Assembly: GCA_020633075.1 (NCBI GenBank)
Contig: JACKEI010000004.1
Span: forward strand, 97,092-161,091
Length of the DNA: 64,000 bases
Source of the DNA: Sandaracinaceae bacterium
GTDB taxonomy: Bacteria; Myxococcota_A; Polyangia; Polyangiales; Houyiibacteriaceae
Direction of reading: 5' to 3'
The position numbers and the translations under genes are program-made. The notes beneath the pieces were generated by a model. The model was given only the letters and a program-made list of their open reading frames with translations. It searched no databases and was not told the DNA's origin. This document shows, in pieces, positions 60,017 to 64,000 of this stretch; within the stretch, counting starts at the first letter, position 1; each line of letters starts with the position of its first letter.

Positions 60017-60610
60017 TCAGTGAGCGCGCGTCATGGCGCGCACCAGCGCCTGGTGCTCCGGGAACTGCGCCAGCAGCGCGTCGCGCTGGGCCAGCTCGAA
60101 GTCGCGGAAGTCGAAGCCGGGGGCCACGGTGCAGCCGACCAGCACGAAGTCGGTGTCGGCGTCGCCGTACGCCCGGTCCGCGTCGCGCGCGTTCGTCGCG
60201 CGGCCTTCCGTCGGCTCGAGCCGCGCCCCGAACCACGACCCCGCGGGCACCACCGCCTGCGGGCGCTCACCGGCGGCCAGGTCCTTGCCCAGGCGCAGGG
60301 CCTCGTAGCGCGCCGGGGCGTGCTCGCTCGCGGGGTGCAGCACGTGCACCGTCAGCGTGGCGCCCAGGTAGTGGTGCCAGACCTCGTCGCTGTGGATGCG
60401 GTGGAGCGCGCTCATGTCCCCGCGCTCCAGCAGGTAGTAGATGGCCGTGCTCGCGCTGCGCGGTCCGCTGAAGCGCTGTGGCAGCGCGCTCAGCGCGAGG
60501 GCGTCGCGGTAGGTCTCCCGGAAGTAGCCCCCCTCGGGGTGCGGCTCGAGGCCCAGCTGGGTCACCAGCTCTTGCGCGCTCGGCGCGCGGCGGGTCGCTG
60601 CGTCAGTCAC
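60017..60610 (-). CDS. cupin-fold protein (DUF985 family)
   Basis: ..[17 protein letters not shown].., AIYYLLE.., [13 protein letters not shown].., [17 protein letters not shown] are DUF985 signatures. GTG 60610 is preferred over ATG 60673, which would overlap the divergent YebC start. Confidence 0.75.
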   Translation of the reverse strand: MTDAATRRAPSAQELVTQLGLEPHPEGGYFRETYRDALALSALPQRFSGPRSASTAIYYLLERGDMSALHRIHSDEVWHHYLGATLTVHVLHPASEHAPARYEALRLGKDLAAGERPQAVVPAGSWFGARLEPTEGRATNARDADRAYGDADTDFVLVGCTVAPGFDFRDFELAQRDALLAQFPEHQALVRAMTRAH

Positions 60611-60671
60611 ACCGGCATCCTGCCTAGCGTGGGCGGGCGCGTCTACGCGAGATCGGCTATGCCGTGCCCCC

Positions 60672-61370
60672 ATGGGCGCACAATGGAAAGCCAAGGGCCG
60701 CGCGGCAGGCGCTGACGCGAAGGGCCGTCTCTTCACCAAGCTCTCGAAAGAGATCATGATCGCCGCGCGCGGAGGAGCCGACCCGGCCAGCAACCCGCGC
60801 CTGCGCATGGCGGTGGAGGCCGCTCGCAAGGCGTCCATGACGCGCGACACGCTGGAGCGCGCCATCAAGAAGGGCGCGGGCCTGTTGGACGACGCCGCCC
60901 AGTACGAGACGGTCACCTACGAGGGCTACGCGCCGCACCAGGTGCCCGTCATCGTGGAGTGCCTGACCGACAACAAGAACCGCACGGCGCCCAACATGCG
61001 CGTGCTCTTCCGCAAAGGGCAGCTGGGCTCCACGGGCTCGGTCAGCTGGGACTTCGACCGCCGCGGCGCGATCGAGGCCGCGCCCCCGGCCGGCGGTGAA
61101 GACCCTGAAGAGGCCGCCATCGAGGCCGGCGCCCAGGACGTGGAAGAGGGCGAAGAGGGCTCCACCCGCTTCATCACGGAGCCCACCGAGGTGGACGCCG
61201 TGGGCCGCGAGCTCACCGCGCGTGGCTGGACGGTGGAGAGCCAGAAGCTGGTCTGGATCGCCAAGAACCCGGTCACGCTGGACGACGACGCCCGCGCCGA
61301 GGTGGAGGCCTTCCTGGCGGCCATCGACGACGACGACGACGTGCACGAGCTCTTCGTGGGCCTGGCCTGA
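60672..61370 (+). CDS. YebC/PmpR-family DNA-binding transcriptional regulator
   Basis: [91 protein letters not shown] is canonical for the family. Confidence 0.9.
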   Translation: MGAQWKAKGRAAGADAKGRLFTKLSKEIMIAARGGADPASNPRLRMAVEAARKASMTRDTLERAIKKGAGLLDDAAQYETVTYEGYAPHQVPVIVECLTDNKNRTAPNMRVLFRKGQLGSTGSVSWDFDRRGAIEAAPPAGGEDPEEAAIEAGAQDVEEGEEGSTRFITEPTEVDAVGRELTARGWTVESQKLVWIAKNPVTLDDDARAEVEAFLAAIDDDDDVHELFVGLA

Positions 61371-61433
61371 CGTCTGCCGGCTCGGCGCGCTCAGGCCCGC
61401 GGGTAGAGCTGGCCGAGCGCGCCGAGGAGCGGG

Positions 61434-62372
61434 CTAACGCTCGTAGCCCTCGTCGCCCGCGGCCTTGTCCTCTTCGTCTTTGCGCTTGCGGCGCGACTTC
61501 TCGATGAGGAAGGCGATGCCCACGGCGAAGAAGTAGAGCACCACCAGCGGGATGAGCATCATCATCTGCGAGATGACGTCGGGTGGGGTGAGGAAGGCCG
61601 CGATGATGGAGGCCACCAGCAGCCACCAGCGCCCGAAGCCCAAGAGGCCGCGCCAGGTGACCATCTCGATGGCGGCTAGGAACGACACCACGACGGGGAC
61701 CTCGAAGACCACGCCGAAGCCGAGCAGCAGCTTGGTGCTGAAGCTCATGTACTCCGTGATCATGACCGTGGGGACGATCTGGATCTCGTCGCTGGGCAGC
61801 TGCTCCGCGTACTCGAGAAAGGTGCGGAAGCCCTCCGGGAACACGATCAAGTAGCCGAAGGTGACGCCCCCCACGAAGCAGATGGTGGACGCCAGCACGA
61901 AGGGGATGGCCATGCGCCGCTCGCGTCGGTAGAGCCCTGGCGAGATGAAGCCCCAGACCTGCCAGAAGACCCAGGGCGAGGCGAGGATGAGCCCCGCGAT
62001 GACGCTGTTCTTCAGGTAGATGACGAACATGTCCACGGGGCCGGAGAAGTGGATGGTCGGCCGGCCGAGGCCCAGCTGGGCCCACGCCTCGATCCACGGC
62101 TTCAGCAGCAGCTCGAGGATCTCTTGCTTCCACACCCAGGCCAGGAAGATGGTGGGGATGGCGCCCAACACAGCGCGCACGAGCCGCGTGCGCAGCTCGC
62201 CCACGTGCTCGAAGAAGCCCATCTCGAGGTCGTCTTCGGGGCGCGGTGCGGGTGTGGCGGGCGCGGCGGCGGCGGCGATCTTGGCCGCCTTGATGGCCTC
62301 GGCCTCCTTCGCGGCCTTGATGGCCGCCTCCTTCGCTGCTCTTGCCGCGTCGGCGGCCGCCTCGTCGCTCAT
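61434..62372 (-). CDS. tatC: twin-arginine translocase subunit TatC with a ~50-aa A/K/E-rich N-terminal extension
   Basis: ..FFEHVGELRTRL.., ..SPWVFWQVWGFISPGLYRRERR.., six TM helices. The ATG overlaps the upstream tatA/B-family stop (ATGA). Alternative internal ATG at MGFFEH. Confidence 0.9.
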   Translation of the reverse strand: MSDEAAADAARAAKEAAIKAAKEAEAIKAAKIAAAAAPATPAPRPEDDLEMGFFEHVGELRTRLVRAVLGAIPTIFLAWVWKQEILELLLKPWIEAWAQLGLGRPTIHFSGPVDMFVIYLKNSVIAGLILASPWVFWQVWGFISPGLYRRERRMAIPFVLASTICFVGGVTFGYLIVFPEGFRTFLEYAEQLPSDEIQIVPTVMITEYMSFSTKLLLGFGVVFEVPVVVSFLAAIEMVTWRGLLGFGRWWLLVASIIAAFLTPPDVISQMMMLIPLVVLYFFAVGIAFLIEKSRRKRKDEEDKAAGDEGYER

Positions 62373-62821
62373 GCCTGCGGTTCCACCGTCACGGCGCGGG
62401 TGCTTGCGTGGGCCACGTCCACACCCAGCGCGGGTTGCTCGGCCGCGAGCTCCTGCTCGGTCATGATGCGCACGGCGTCCGCGTCGGCGATGCCGGCGTT
62501 GGCGCTGGCCACGCCCGGCTTGGTCATGCTCGCGCCCACCTGGGCGACGTCGCTCTGCAGGCCCCGGCCCACGTCTCGGATGTCCGACAGCGGCTTGGTC
62601 AGCTCCGCCTTCATCTTCTTCATGCCGAGCGGGTCGCGGATGTCCTCCTCACCCAGGATGGCGTCGATGCCCACCTGCTTGCGGAGGTCCTGCGTGGTCG
62701 CCCGGAACTGGCGGATGCCCTTGCTGATGGCGCGCGCAAACGTCGGCATCTTGTCGGGCCCCACCGCGAAGAGGAGCACGAGGAAGATGATCACCATCTC
62801 GCCGCCGCCAATACCGAACAT
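62369..62821 (-). CDS. TatA/TatB-family Sec-independent translocase component (TatB-like length)
   Basis: MFGIGGGEMVIIFLVLLFAVGPDKMPTFARAISKGIRQFR has a TM helix, the hinge Gly-Pro and an amphipathic helix. 150 aa. Confidence 0.8.
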   Translation of the reverse strand: MFGIGGGEMVIIFLVLLFAVGPDKMPTFARAISKGIRQFRATTQDLRKQVGIDAILGEEDIRDPLGMKKMKAELTKPLSDIRDVGRGLQSDVAQVGASMTKPGVASANAGIADADAVRIMTEQELAAEQPALGVDVAHASTRAVTVEPQA

Positions 62822-62892
62822 CTAGGTCGTCTCTATCGCACGCCGAGGGCCACTGCGCGAGCGCTCGGCGGCCGTCATGGGCTGGAAAAGGG

Positions 62893-64000
62893 TCAGCTGC
62901 CCTCGCGCAGACGCCGCAGCGACACAGCCGCCTGGCTCATGCCACGCACGTGACGGTCGTACTCGCGGGTGAGCTCCTGGATGCGGGTCGCCGCCTGCAG
63001 CGTCTGCTCGCTGCCCTTGGCCTGGGCGCGGTGGCTCTGGTGCAGGTGATTGACCATGGTGCTGATGCTCTCGATGGCCTGGCTGATCTGCCGTCCGCCG
63101 CGCGCCTGCTCCTGAGAGCTGCGCTCCACGTGCTGGGTGATGAGGCGCATCTTTTCCGCGCTCTTCATGATGAGCTCGGAGCCGCGCGCCTGCTCGGCGG
63201 TGGCCGCTGCGATCTGCTGCACGGTCTCGGCGATGCGGCCGATGGCGTCGGTGACCTGCTTGCTGCCCTTGGCCTGCTCCACCGTGGCGCGGGCGATGGC
63301 GCGCACCATGGCGGTGCTCTTCTGCGAGGACTCGAGGATCTTCTTGAGCGCGCGCTCCGCTTCGGCGGACACCGTGACGCCGCGGTCGACCGTGTTGGCG
63401 CCGCGCTCCACGGCCCCGATGGCGTTCTTGGACTCCGCCTGGATGGTCTTGATCAGCTCGGCGATCTCCTTGGTGGAGGCGCCCGCGCGCTCCGCCAGGT
63501 CCTTGATCTCGTCGGCCACCACGGCGAAGCCCTTGCCGTGCTCCCCGGCCTGCGCGGCGATGATGGCGGCGTTCAGGGCCAGCAGGTTGGTCTGCTCGGC
63601 CACGTCGTCGATGACGTTGAGGATGTCGCCGATGGCCTCGATGCGGCTGCCCAGGTTGGAGATGACGGCCACGGCCTCGGACGAGGTCTCTTTGATGCGG
63701 TTGATCTCGGTGATGATCTTGAGGATGGACTCGGCGCCCTTCTCGGCGTCGCCGGCCACCTCTTCGGACAGGCGCGCCGTCTCGTTGGCGTTGCTCTGCA
63801 CCTGGTCGATGGAGACGTCCATCTCGTTCATGGAGGACGAGGTCTCCTCGGCCGTGAGCGAGAGGGCGTCGACGTTGCGAGCGACCTCCTTGATGGAGTA
63901 GGCCATCTCCTCGATGGAGGAGACCGTCTCGCGCACGCTGGACGCGAGGTTGGCCATGTTCTCGGCGACCTCGTCGTTGGTGGCGGTCATCTCGAGGATG
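62893..64000 (-). CDS. methyl-accepting chemotaxis protein, C-terminal signalling domain (5-prime end beyond the window)
   Basis: Highly conserved MCP hairpin tip ..[44 protein letters not shown].. The frame stays open to the window edge. Confidence 0.88.
   Translation of the reverse strand, partial: ILEMTATNDEVAENMANLASSVRETVSSIEEMAYSIKEVARNVDALSLTAEETSSSMNEMDVSIDQVQSNANETARLSEEVAGDAEKGAESILKIITEINRIKETSSEAVAVISNLGSRIEAIGDILNVIDDVAEQTNLLALNAAIIAAQAGEHGKGFAVVADEIKDLAERAGASTKEIAELIKTIQAESKNAIGAVERGANTVDRGVTVSAEAERALKKILESSQKSTAMVRAIARATVEQAKGSKQVTDAIGRIAETVQQIAAATAEQARGSELIMKSAEKMRLITQHVERSSQEQARGGRQISQAIESISTMVNHLHQSHRAQAKGSEQTLQAATRIQELTREYDRHVRGMSQAAVSLRRLREGS

Noticed and set aside
60610-60673. 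ATG 60673 as the cupin start, giving head-to-head overlap with the YebC start at 60672.
   Set aside because: The DUF985 homology begins well downstream. GTG 60610 leaves a 61-bp divergent promoter region, which is more plausible. The choice remains uncertain.

Overview
This is a 64-kb, very GC-rich chromosomal segment (about 70% GC or more, estimated by eye, not computed). It is densely packed with about 55 protein-coding genes. I found no rRNA, tRNA, CRISPR array or bounded mobile element. The content points to a myxobacterium (Myxococcota). It has two MYXO-CTERM-type C-terminal sorting signals, repeated D-x-N-x-C-T-x-D-x-C cysteine-rich modules, many lipoproteins with D/G-rich linkers, FG-GAP and RCC1 propeller proteins and several ECF sigma factors. 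dnaN also sits without dnaA beside an AT-rich cluster of DnaA boxes. Housekeeping landmarks are dnaN with a candidate oriC (16.5-16.8 kb), aguA-aguB (agmatine to putrescine), an SDR, a YebC-family regulator, tatB-like/tatC and a partial MCP at the right edge. Accessory content is as follows. (i) A four-gene cassette (barrel-like secreted protein, ECF sigma, single-pass TPR-like membrane protein, RCC1 lipoprotein) occurs twice, at 40.3-44.3 kb and 51.5-55.4 kb. Copy 1 is followed by a 1530-aa FG-GAP/Cys-rich MYXO-CTERM protein, and copy 2 is preceded by a tightly packed PilT-like/GspE-like/AAA+ ATPase trio. (ii) A third ECF sigma/anti-sigma pair lies behind a caspase-domain protein fused to an outer-membrane-type beta-barrel. 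(iii) A STAND-type NTPase with a C-terminal HTH is followed by an AbiEii/DUF6036-like minimal nucleotidyltransferase and a small ORF. The NTase gene is bracketed by a 27-nt direct repeat. (iv) An Rpn-family nuclease is paired with a HEAT-repeat protein. (v) A LysR-controlled sterol-desaturase-family/GMC-oxidoreductase pair is present. All functional calls rest on motif recognition by eye; no database search or computation was possible. Start codons are often GTG or TTG and several are uncertain. Most long ORFs in the six-frame track that lie antisense to these genes are high-GC shadow ORFs.
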